Shown: one piece after another, positions 26,651-37,362 of the stretch | Numbering within the stretch: the stretch's first letter is position 1 | How the letters are laid out: the number at the start of each line of letters is the position of its first letter | Assembly (NCBI GenBank): GCA_964016885.1 | Contig: OZ024766.1 | Location: 7,688,001 to 7,752,000 of the forward strand | Direction: 5' to 3' | DNA from: Eledone cirrhosa | Lineage: Eukaryota | Length of the DNA: 64,000 nucleotides | Translations under genes and position numbers: made by a program | The notes under the pieces: generated by a model | The model's database searches: none | What the model saw: only the letters and a program-made list of their open reading frames with translations | What the model was told of the DNA's origin: nothing

Positions 26651-26848
26651 TCTCATGCGTGATCCCCGCGGGATATTGGCCAACGAGGGACGAAGAGGTG
26701 TACACGATGGTGCCAGGGAGATTCGCGGGGAAGCAGCGACACTCGGCAGATGTCATCTTTGTTTTGGAGGAGAGAGAATGTAACCGAGACACTGCCAAGG
26801 AGATCAAAGGTCTCTCAATACTTCTGGAGCACATATTCAAGACATCTG
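26651..26848 (+). CDS. LLTP gene exon 12, start of vWA-like domain
   Basis: ttgcag|TC; ...[14 protein letters not shown]...; G|gtgagt; phase 1/1. Confidence 0.85.
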
Positions 26849-27700
26849 GTGAGTGTGTATATGACATCTGGTGAACCCTGTGGTCTGTCTTCACCAGATC
26901 TGGTGAGTGTGTACGACATCTGGTGCGTTCCATGGTCTGTTTTTGACCAGATCTGGTGGTGAATTCTATGGTCTGTCTTCACCAGATCTAGTGAGTGTGT
27001 ACGACATCTGGCGAGTTCCATGGTCTGTTTTTGACCAGATCTGGTGGTGAATTCTATGGTCTGTCTTCACCAGATCTGGTGAGTGTGTACGACATCTGGC
27101 GAATTCCATGGTCTGTTTTTGACCAGATCTGGTGGTGAATTCTATGGTCTGTCTTCACCAGATCTAGTGAGTGTGTGTGATGTCTGGTGTGTTTCAAACA
27201 CATCTGGTGAATTCCATGGTCTGTTTTTGACCAGATCTGGTGGTGAATTCTATGGTCTGTCTTCACCAGATCTAGTGAGTGTGTACGACATCTGGCGAAT
27301 TCCATGGTCTGTTTTTGACCAGATCTGGTGGTGAATTCTATGGTCTGTCTTCACCAGATCTAGTGAGTGTGTATAACATCTGGTGTGTTTCAAACACATC
27401 TGGTGAATTCCATGGTCTGTTTTTGAGCAGATCTGGTGAATTCTATGGTCTGTTTTGACCAGATCTGGTGAATTCTATGGTCTGTCTTCACCAGATCTAG
27501 TGAGTGTGTATGACATCTGGTGTGTTTCAAACACATCTGATGAATTCCATGGTCTGTTTTTGAGCAGATCTGGTGAATTCTATGGTCTGTCTTGACCAGG
27601 TCTGGTGAATTCTATGGTCTGTCTTAACTAGATCTGGTGAATTCTATAGTCTGTCTTGACCAGATCTGGTAAATTCTATGGTCTGTCTTCACCAGATCTG
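26841..27700. repeat. Palindrome-containing minisatellite (caccagatctggtg)
   Basis: Recurring ccagatctgg/gaattc units starting at the exon 12 donor. Confidence 0.85.
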
Positions 27701-27739
27701 GAAAGTTTGTCATGTGATATATCTCAAACAGATGTAGTG

Positions 27740-28085
27740 AGTTTCAACATAATTTTATATAAGAACCTTTTAGGTTACTGTCTTAGTAAGGAAATAATTA
27801 ATAATTTTTGTAAAACCAGCTCTGGTTCTATGACACAAAACCCTCCATTTTAAAGGGTTCCTATTCAAATTAAAATCTTTCAACATAATTTTATATAAGA
27901 ACCTTTTAAGTTACTGTCTTAGTAAGGAAATAATTAATAATTTTTGTAAAACCAGCTCTGGTTCTATGACACAAAACCCTCCATTTTAAAGGGTTCCTAT
28001 TCAAATTAAAATCTTTCAACATAATTTTATATAAGAACCTTTTAAGTTACTATCTTAGTAAGGAAATAATTAATAATTTTTGTAA
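27740..28085. repeat. ~135-bp tandem repeat, related to the 63390-63895 array
   Basis: Shared cataattttat.taagaacc motif. Confidence 0.75.
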
Positions 28086-28199
28086 ATCTCTCAAAATTCT
28101 TCATTAATTAATGGAAACAGGGTTCCTATTTGATTAGAAATGCAGTCATGAAAGGGTCACATCTTTTTCTAATCTAACTCCCTTCACTTTTATTTCTAG

Positions 28200-28568
28200 G
28201 CATGAAGTACATTCAGTATGGGTTGGTTGGTTTTGGAGGCAAGGATCTACCGGAAAAATATTCTCGAACCATGAAACCCAAGCTTTTATTCAGTGCCGAT
28301 AAATTCCCTGAGGTTCTACGAAGGGTTGAATATGACGGCTTCGCAGGGTCGGATCCGATGGAAGCTGTTCTGTTCGCGACAAAGTATCCCTTCCGTCCTG
28401 GAATACGTAAAACAATTGTTCTGCTCTCCTGTAACCCGAACGTTGAGAAAACGGCGAACTACTACAAGGCTTTTGATGCTTTGAAAGATTTGGACATTAC
28501 CTTACATCTACACCAAGACTATTCGTTCAGACCAACCCAAAATAGAAACCTTAAAACCATAGTCTACG
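28200..28568 (+). CDS. LLTP gene exon 13, vWA-like domain
   Basis: ttctag|GC; YGLVGFGG...YPFRPGIRKTIVLLSC; G|gtgagt; phase 1/1. Confidence 0.9.
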
Positions 28569-28649
28569 GTGAGTGACACAGACCCTAGCCTTTTCTTTCT
28601 TTAACCTACAAAAAGGGGACATGAATAAATGTACAAAAAGGTGTGTATT

Positions 28650-29670
28650 TAACTTTACAGAATGTACTGGGTGCATTTTATGTAAAATTACAAAAAGAGT
28701 TATGTAACTAATTTTACAGAGTGTACTGGGTGCATTTTATGTAAAATTACAAAAAGAGTTATGTAACTAATTTTACAGAGTGTACTGGGTGCATTTTATG
28801 TAAAATTACAAAAAGAGTTATGTAACTAATTTTACAGAGTGTACTGGGTGCATTTTATGTAAAATTATAAAAAGAGTTATGTAACTAATTTTACAGAGTG
28901 TACTGGGTGCATTTTATGTAAAATTATAAAAAGAGTTATGTAACTAATTTTACAGAGTGTACTGGGTGCATTTTATGTAAAATTACAAAAAGAGTTATGT
29001 AACTAATTTTACAGAGTGTACTGGGTGCATTTTATGTAAAATTATAAAAAGAGCTATACGTAACGAAATTTAAAGTACACTCTGTAAAGTGGTAGTGTTG
29101 GTGTTATGATACACCCAGTACACCCTGTAAAGTGGTAGTGTTGGTATTATGATATAATACACCCAGTACACTCTGTAAAGTGGTAGTGTTGGTGTCATGA
29201 TATAATACACCCAGTACACCCTGTAAGGTGGTAGTGTTGGTGTCATGATATAATACACCCAGTACACCCTGTAAGGTGGTAGTGTTGGTGTCATGATATA
29301 ATACACCCAGTACACTCTGTAAAGTGGTAGTGCTGGTGTCATGATATAATACACCCAGTACACTCTGTAAAGTGGTAGTGCTGGTGTCATGATATAATAC
29401 ACCCAGTACACTCTGTAAAGTGGTAGTGCTGGTGTCATGATATAATACACCCAGTACACTCTGTAAAGTGGTAGTGCTGGTGTCATGATATAATACACCC
29501 AGTACACTCTGTAAAGTGGTAGTGCTGGTGTCATGATATAATACACACAGTACACTCTGTAATGTGGTAGTGTTGGTGTCATGATAAAATACGCCCAGTA
29601 CACTCTGTAAAGTGGTAGTGTTGGTGTCATGATATAATACGCCCAGTACACTCTGTAAAGTGGTAGTGCT
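28650..29670. repeat. 59-bp array followed by an oppositely oriented 42-bp array
   Basis: tttacagagtgtactgggtg units, then cacccagtacactctgtaaa units. Confidence 0.9.
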
Positions 29671-29718
29671 TCTGTTTGGTGAATTGTGTAAATAATCTCT
29701 CTTCTCTTGCTGTTTCAG

Positions 29719-30017
29719 GTATTGACAGAACGAGGGCATTTACAAGGGCACCATTCGACCAGGAGCTTTTCAACTCCATCCAGACCCCTAAAGATTATTA
29801 TGGACAGCTGGCCCTTGCTTCAAACGGGTCCGTCTTTGATGCCAGAGTACAGAAAAGACCTGGTGACCAGCAGGCTTTTCAACGGAGTTTCGCCCAGCGC
29901 ATTGTTGATTCTGTGGAGGTAGACGACTGCCTAAATTGCAACTGTGCCATGACTGATTTAGGGGACACACAGTCACAATGCCTTCGGTGTTCTCACATTG
30001 ATGACCCCTCGTATTTT
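29719..30017 (+). CDS. LLTP gene exon 14
   Basis: tttcag|GT; IDRTRAF...LALASNGSVF...CLNCNC...CLRC; TTT|gtaagt; phase 1/0. Confidence 0.88.
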
Positions 30018-31008
30018 GTAAGTATTCTTGCAGGATTTTTGTACTAAAGTCTAAAGCTTGTCTCGAGACCAGAGACTCTCTGGGCTGGTGTTTATCCCGG
30101 TTTCCACAGTGTTAAATGACTGAGAGTACAAGACTTCCCCCTGGACAGAACACCAGTCTATCACATGGTTAAAGTCTGTCTTAGTTTCATTGGTGTTAAG
30201 TGACTGACAGTACAAGACTTCCCCCTGGACAGGACACCAGTCCATCACAGGGTTAAAGTCTGTCTTAGTTTCATTGGTGTTAAGTAACTGAGAGTACAAA
30301 ACTTCCCCCTGGACAGGACACCAGTCCATCACAGGATTAAAGTCTGTCTTAGTTTCATTGGTGTTAAGTAACTGAGAGTACAAAACTTCCCCCTGGACAG
30401 GACACCAGTCCATCACAGGGTTAAAGTCTGTCTTAGTTTCATTGGTGTGTGTGAAGTGACTGAGAATACAAGACTTCCCCCTGGACAGGACACCAGTCTA
30501 TCACAGGGCTAAAGTCTGTCTTAGTTTCATTGGTGTTAAGTGACTGAGAGTACAAGACTCCCCCTGGACAGGACACCAGTCCATCACAGGGTTAAAGTCT
30601 GTCTTAGTTTCATTGGTGTTAAGTGACTGAGAGTACAAGACTCCCCCTGGACAGGACACCAGTCCATCACAGGGTTAAAGTCTGCCTTAGTTTCATTGGT
30701 GTTAAGTGACTGAGAGTACAAGACTTCCCCCTGGACAGGACACCAGTCCATCACAGGGTTAAAGTCTGTCTTAGTTTCAATGGTGTTAAGTGACTGAGAG
30801 TACAAGACTCCCCCCTGGACAGGACACCAGTCCATCACAGGGTTAAAGTCTGTCTTAGTTTCATTGGTGTTAAGTGACTGAGAGTACAAGACTTCCCCCT
30901 GGACAGGACACCAGTCCATCACAGTTGACATGGCTTAAATATTCAGCCATGTATAGCGATAAACTGTTTGTTAGTTATTATTTATTTATTTATTCATATT
31001 TTATCCAG

Positions 31009-31074
31009 TCTCTGGGTCAAACCTTCTTCCACCAGGGACTCTCCATAGATGAAAATATAAAAGAACAGTTTAGT
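31009..31074 (+). CDS. LLTP gene exon 15
   Basis: ttatccag|TCT; SLGQTFFHQGLSIDENIKEQFS; AGT|gtgagt; phase 0/0. Confidence 0.7.
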
Positions 31075-31225
31075 GTGAGTACTACATTATATTATTATTA
31101 TTATTACTTGGCAATAATCTGTAGAGCGTCAGACGCCATGCTTTGCAGCAAAGAGTTACGGCCCTTTATGGTATGAGTTCAAATCCCACCGAGATTAACT
31201 TTGCCTTTCTTCCTTACGGAGGCCG

Positions 31226-31259
<34 letters not shown>

Positions 31260-31628
31260 CCAGTAATACACTAGGATAATTGCTGGCCTTGTGTCAAAAG
31301 TAGAAACAATTATTACAGGGTTGATACAATAAAGTACCAGTAATACACTGGATTAATTGCTGGCCTTGTGCCAAAAGTAGAAACAATTATTACAGGGTTG
31401 ATACAATAAAGTACCAGTAATACACTGGGGTTATGCTGGCCTTGTGCCTAAAGTAGAAACAGTTATTACAGGGTCGATATAATAAAGTACCAGTAATACA
31501 CTGGGGTAATTGCTGGCCTTGTGCCAAAAGTAGAAACAATTATTACATGGTTGATAAAATAAAGTACCAGTAATACACTGGGGTATTTGCTGGCCTTGTG
31601 CCAAAAGTAGAAACAATTATTATTATTA

Positions 31629-32314
31629 CTAGCAGAAAAACAACCGTAGGGTAGTTTTTCTGCAAGCATGTGTAGCGTGTATATTGATATTATACACAAG
31701 TATATACACATGTAGATATGATACCTCAAATAAAATCATAATTGACAATATATAATACATAGAAATTGAACAAAGACTGTGTTACACTGTCTCATGTAAT
31801 CAGTAACGTAACCCATGATACATTAAAAAAGACGATATTATATATAAACTGCATTAGGAGAAAATTAGTATGTTTATTTAAGCGATTGCCAACCGGAAGT
31901 GTTGACATTTCAGAAATTTTAAAGAAGTGAATCTTTAAATAAATAAAATATATTTAATCAACAGCCACGAAATTTAGTAGATAAATTATGTAATATTCAT
32001 TCATTATTTATTCAATTTTTTTTTTTTTTTTTTCGTGGATTGGCAGTATCGGTAGAGGGTCGGATGCCATGCTTTGACGTATAGAGTTACGGCCCTTGCC
32101 ATTCTGAGTTCAAATCCCGCCGAGGTTAACTTTGCTTTCATCCTTACGGGGTCGATAAAATAAAGTACCAGTAATGTACTGGGTTATTGCTGGCCTTGTG
32201 CCAAAAGTAGGAACAATTATTTATTCAAAGTAATCCAACTTATTTTACTAACGGGATAAAAAAAAAAAATAAACTGTACGCAGTCTCACACTCCTTACTA
32301 TATTATAGTTTAGA
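31629..32314 (-). mobile_element. Non-autonomous Helitron-like element, copy A, with nested SINE
   Basis: 5' A|TC, 3' hairpin plus CTAG|T; homologous to 59715-60403. Confidence 0.65.
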
Positions 32315-32351
32315 TTTTTATATTTGTTGCTTTTTTCTGTCTTCCCACCAG

Positions 32352-32423
32352 ATGTATTGGAAACGTTTCAAGAAAACTCCTTCTAGTTCCAAGAACCAGT
32401 CCCACAAGAACAGGACTGAGTAA
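32352..32423 (+). CDS. LLTP gene terminal coding exon
   Basis: Pyrimidine tract then caccag|ATG; MYWKRFKKTPSSSKNQSHKNRTE*; unique sequence between repeats. Confidence 0.65.
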   Translation: MYWKRFKKTPSSSKNQSHKNRTE

Positions 32424-32955
32424 AGGCATTCCACACCACCAAATACTACCACCATCACTATTTTATCTCACTGATCCAACTTTCTCCTCTTTTTTATTAT
32501 TATTGTAATTATTAGAGTCGTAAAAAATAAAGTACCAGTAACGCACTGCGGTCCATCTTCTAATCTCCTCTTCTTTATTCTTATTCTTATCATGGAGGCA
32601 CATGGCTTAGTGGTTAGAGCATTGGCCTTGCAATTGAAAGGTTGTGAGTTCAATTCTCGGACCGGGTGATGTGTTGTTTCCTTGAGCAAGACACTTTATT
32701 TCACATTGCTCCAGTTTACTCAGCTGTAGAAATGAGATGATAGGGACTGGGGTCCCTATCATTCCACTGCAAAGTGGTCGTGGAGGTGCCACGGCAAAAA
32801 AGCGCCCAGCACTCACTGTAAATGAGGTTGGTGTTAGGAAGGGCATCCAGCTGTAGAAATCAAGCCAGGATCAGTTCCCGTCCCACCCTTGCAAGCAGGG
32901 AAAAGCGGATGTAAAATGAAATGATGATGAATGATCATTATTCTTATCACAAGAG

Positions 32956-33110
32956 CGGTGGATTGGCAGTATCGGTAGAGGTTTGGACGCCATGCTTTGC
33001 AGCATAGAGTTACGGCCCTTTACGTTCTGGGTTCAAATCCCGCCAAGGTTAACTTTGCCATTTATCCTTACGGGGTCAATAAAATAAAGTACCAGTAATA
33101 CACTGGGTTT
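32956..33110 (+). mobile_element. tRNA-headed SINE family B; other copies at ~5950-6095(-), 32035-32220, 45370-45503(-), 50895-51068, 57470-57595(-)
   Basis: B box ggttcaaatcc; core catccttacggggtcgataaaataaagtacc. Confidence 0.85.
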
Positions 33111-33162
33111 GATCTCTTTATTGCTGTTATTTCTATTATCATTATTGGAGTTATAAAATAAC

Positions 33163-33636
33163 AGTGTATCTAGGACTACATTATCTAATGTACAGTACAG
33201 TAGTTAGTATTAGTGGCTATCAGACATAGTGTATCTAGGACTACATTATCTAATGTACAGTACAGTAGTTAGTATTAGTGGCTATCAGACAGTATATCTA
33301 GGACTACATTATCTAATGTACAGTACAGTAGTTAGTATTAGTGGCTATCAGACATAGTGTATCTAGGACTACATTATCTAATGTACAGTACAGTAGTTAG
33401 TATTAGCAGCTATCAGACATAGTGTATCTAGGACTACATTATCCAATGTACAGTAGTTAGTATAAGTGACTATCACACATAGTGTATCTAGGACTACATT
33501 ATCCAATGTACAGTACAGTAGTTAGTATTAGCAGCTATCAGACAGTGTATCTAGGACTACATTATCCAATGTATAGTAGTTAGTATAAGTGACTATCACA
33601 CATAGTGTATCTAGGACTACATTATCCAATGTACAG
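33163..33636. repeat. ~63-bp minisatellite
   Basis: agtgtatctaggactacattatctaatgtacagtacagtagttagtatt. Confidence 0.9.
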
Positions 33637-33639
33637 TTC

Positions 33640-34866
33640 TTCTTGTGTCCACAAGAGTGTCAGTTACAAAGCTTGGCTAGATGTGGTTCCACCACAGATG
33701 AACACATTTCAGTCCTTTCTCATTAAACTCTGCCAAGTCCAATACTGTCCAGGGGTGTTGCAGCAGGGGACCTATCAGGAGGTGCTGTGAAGTCTGTGGT
33801 TCGATAAGTATTTTTTATAAATGTTTATCCACCTCTTTCTCATTTCATCTTCTCTACATACTAACATGTTGGGCCTTGTCTCTTCCTCATCTTCTCAGTT
33901 GCAACACATTGGTTTGCAGCACATTCTATCTTATTTGTACACAGAAAACAGCACAGCTCCCATGACTTTCGTAGACATTTTTTCACGCTCAGAGTTGCTG
34001 AAGCATGGAACAAGCTACCTACATCAGTTGTTAGCTGTCGAGACACTGCATCCTTTAAAACCTCCATGGAAGAACAAACTGTCTGCATCAGTTGTTAGCT
34101 GTTGAGACACTGCATCCTTTAAAACCTCCATGGAACAAACTACCTGCATCAGTTGTTAGCTGTCGAGACACTGCATCCTTTAAAACCTCCATGGAACAAA
34201 CTGCCTACATCAGTTGTTAGCTGTCGAGACACTGCATCCTTTAAAACCTCCATGGAACAAACTGCCTACATCAGTTGTCAGCTGTCGAGACACTGCATCC
34301 TTTAAAACCTCCATGGAACAAACTACCTGCATCAGTTGTTAGCTGTCGAGACACTGCCTCCTTTAAAACCTCCATGGAACAAACTACCTGCATCAGTTGT
34401 TAGCTGTCGAGACACTGCATCCTTTAAAACCTCCATGGAACAAACTGCCTACATCAGTTGTTAGCTGTCGAGACACTGCATCCTTTAAAACCTCCATGGA
34501 ACAAACTGCCTACATCAGTTGTTAGCTGTCGAGACACTGCATCCTTTAAAACCTCCATGGAACAAACTACCTGCATCAGTTGTTAGCTGTCGGGACACTG
34601 CATCCTTTAAAACCTCCATGGAACAAACTACCTGCATCAGTTGTTAGCTGTCGAGACACTGCATCCTTTAAGACACTCATGCTTCCCGAAATACGCCAAA
34701 ACTACACCTGATGTACCCCTTCCATACACATGCACACATGCGTGTATCATGACTCATACACTGTTCATTTTCCTGATGTTTGTATATTACCCTATGTACT
34801 ATACATACACTTTTTGATGAGTTGTAGTGCACCTGAGCACTGTACACAATATTTCATTATTATTAT
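33640..34866 (+). mobile_element. CR1/L2-like LINE 3' end with an internal 61-bp tandem amplification
   Basis: FRRHFFTLRVAEAWNKLPTSVVSCRDTASFK, a CR1-group ORF2 C-terminus; (ATT)n tail. Confidence 0.8.
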
Positions 34867-35518
34867 AGTCGAGTAATAACCGACTTCTTTCTTTTCTTGT
34901 CCTGTAAATCCTGATAGAGTCTAAGGGCACTGTATTGACTTACAGTGTTTCTTGGACATTTTAAGCCAGACGGAGCCCATCCCTGCCTGAGTACAGCAGA
35001 TTTCTTCCAGAGAAAGATAGAAAGTGACAGAGAGGAAATATATATATATATATATCATCATTTTACGTCCACCTTTCCCTGCTTGCAAGGGTGGGACGGG
35101 AACTGAATCTGGCTTGATTTCTACAGCTGGATGCCCTTCCTAACACCAACCTCATTTACAGTGAGTGCTGGGTGCTTTTTTGCCGTGGCACCTCCACGAC
35201 CACTTTGCAGTGGAATGATAGGGACCCCAGTCCCTATCATCTCATTTCTACAGCTGAGTAAACTGGAGCAATGTGAAATAAAGTGTCTTGCTCAAGGACA
35301 CAACACATCACCCGGTCTGAGAATTGAACTCACAACCTTTCGATTGCAAGGCCAATGCTCTAACCACTAAGCCATGTGCCTCCATATATATATATATAAG
35401 TAGAAGGGGTATTTAATTTGTTGGAAGTCCGACAAATATAAATGTTTATAACTGATTTAGAGCACTCAACAGTCCTGGAGTAAATATTCAATGATATTAA
35501 ATAAATGGAAACTATATT

Positions 35519-35581
35519 TATTTTATTATATATATTTCAAGAGTACCAAAACACTTTGGTACGCTTTCCTCAGATAAAATA
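35519..35581 (-). ncRNA. Type-I hammerhead ribozyme (left arm of palindrome)
   Basis: Minus strand: tattttat CTGAGGA aagcgtaccaaa gtgt tttggtactctt GAAA tatata TA ataaaata. Confidence 0.75.
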
Positions 35582-35727
35582 CAAAGTTTGTTTTATAAAT
35601 AGAGACATACCCAGGAAAATCATACCTTATCCAGTGAATAAAAAAAATCATACCAACTATACAGTGAATATCCAACTGATAAGGTATGATTTTCCTGGGT
35701 ATGTCTCTATTTATAAAACAAACTTTG

Positions 35728-35790
35728 TATTTTATCTGAGGAAAGTGTACCAAAGTGTTTTGGTACCCTTGAAATATATATAATAAAATA
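35728..35790 (+). ncRNA. Type-I hammerhead ribozyme (right arm of palindrome)
   Basis: tattttat CTGAGGA aagtgtaccaaa gtgt tttggtaccctt GAAA tatata TA ataaaata; perfect 8-bp stem I; predicted cleavage after nt 35782. Confidence 0.78.
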
Positions 35791-35854
35791 AATATGGTTT
35801 TATAAATATAGTTTCCATTTATTTAATATCATTGTATATATATATATATATATA

Positions 35855-36000
35855 TTGATGGTAGTTACGGAGTAGGTAGACCCAGAAAAACCTGGGACGA
35901 TCTGATAAATTCCGACCTTACACACTTACACCTCTCTAAGACAATGTCACTGGACCGAGATCTTTGGCGCTACACAGTAATAGAGAAGACCCGCCTTGCC
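35855..36000 (+). mobile_element. RTE-like LINE 3' fragment
   Basis: GRPRKTWDDLINSDL...DRDLWR. Confidence 0.75.
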
Positions 36001-36864
36001 TATGTACAAATCGAAACCTACAGTCAGTAGGCGCGTCTTAACCAAATATACACCCCAATCCACTACCCCTACCCTCTCCTCCCACTCCCACCAACCTCTC
36101 TCTGTAAAGTTGGTACCACAACATCCAGTCCAAATAAATAAGATAATGAGATCGAGATCGTGTAGGTGCCATGAGAAAAAAACACAGTCCACGCTGTAAT
36201 GTGGCCGTGTAGGTAACACGGTAAAAAGTTCCCAGTTCCACACTGTAAATGTGGTTGGTGTTAGGAAGGGCATCCAGCTGTAGAAAACCTGCCAGATAGT
36301 CCTAAATGAGCGAGACACGGTCACCCAACCAACCTTGCCTCAAGTGAGACAACTCCCGTCTAACCCATGCTAGCATGGAAAATGGACGCTAAACGATGAT
36401 GATGATTATATATATATAGTGAAACAGTGAATAACATGGTCAACAGTACAAAAAGGGATTTATTTACAGTATTAACAATTGTTTCATTAATTAAATTGTC
36501 TAAAAATTACTAATCACTTGAAGTTGTGTCACTCAATTTTAAATACAATGTATGCTTAACCAAATCATCAGCAAAACTGATGATTTGATTAAGCATACAT
36601 TGATTAAGCATGTATTTAAAATTGAGTGACACAACTTCAAGTGATTAGTAATTTTTAGACAACTTAATCAATGAAACAATTGTTAATACTGTAAATAAAT
36701 CCCTTTTTGTACTGTTGACCATGTTATTCTTCAGTTTCACTATTATTACTCCAAGATAAACTTACATAGGAATTCCCGAGAACTCATATACACATAACCT
36801 AAGGAAACCTCTTGTTGAGTCAAACAACGCCATACGCTAAAACTATCCACAATACGAAGTCATC

Positions 36865-37110
36865 ACCATCATCACTCGTCGACTACTGTCGAGATGATGG
36901 ATCTCTCTCATGCCCCAGAATCCCCTGTCCCCCATCGCTGCCCCCAGGTCCTGTCTGCTGATTCCCGTATCCCTAGAGATAACGTCAGGGAATGACAGCT
37001 TCCTACTCCTAGTCAGGCTGGAGTCAGGGTTCCAGAGCAAGAGAGGGTTTCAGAGCAAGTCAGGGTTCCAGAGCAATACGAAGTATTCACAACTAATTGG
37101 ATTACCTATA
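36865..37110 (-). mobile_element. RTE-like LINE 3' fragment
   Basis: LSFPDVISRDTGISRQDLGAAMGDRGFW followed by a TGA-rich tail. Confidence 0.65.
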
Positions 37111-37362
37111 ACAATATTTTGTTATCCCATATATATATATATGGAGAGATAGAGTGAGACCAGTACATGACTGGTATTTTTTTTTATCGACGACAAAAGG
37201 ATGAAAAGCAATGTTGACCTCGGTGGAATTTGAACTCCGAGGGCAGAGAGCTGGAATTGAAGGCCATGAAGCATTCTGACTTTCTAACGACCGTCTTTTT
37301 AACCGAAAGAATACGATTGCTGATACAAGTGGTCGTAATGGGGTTCCTTGGAAGAGGCTGTG

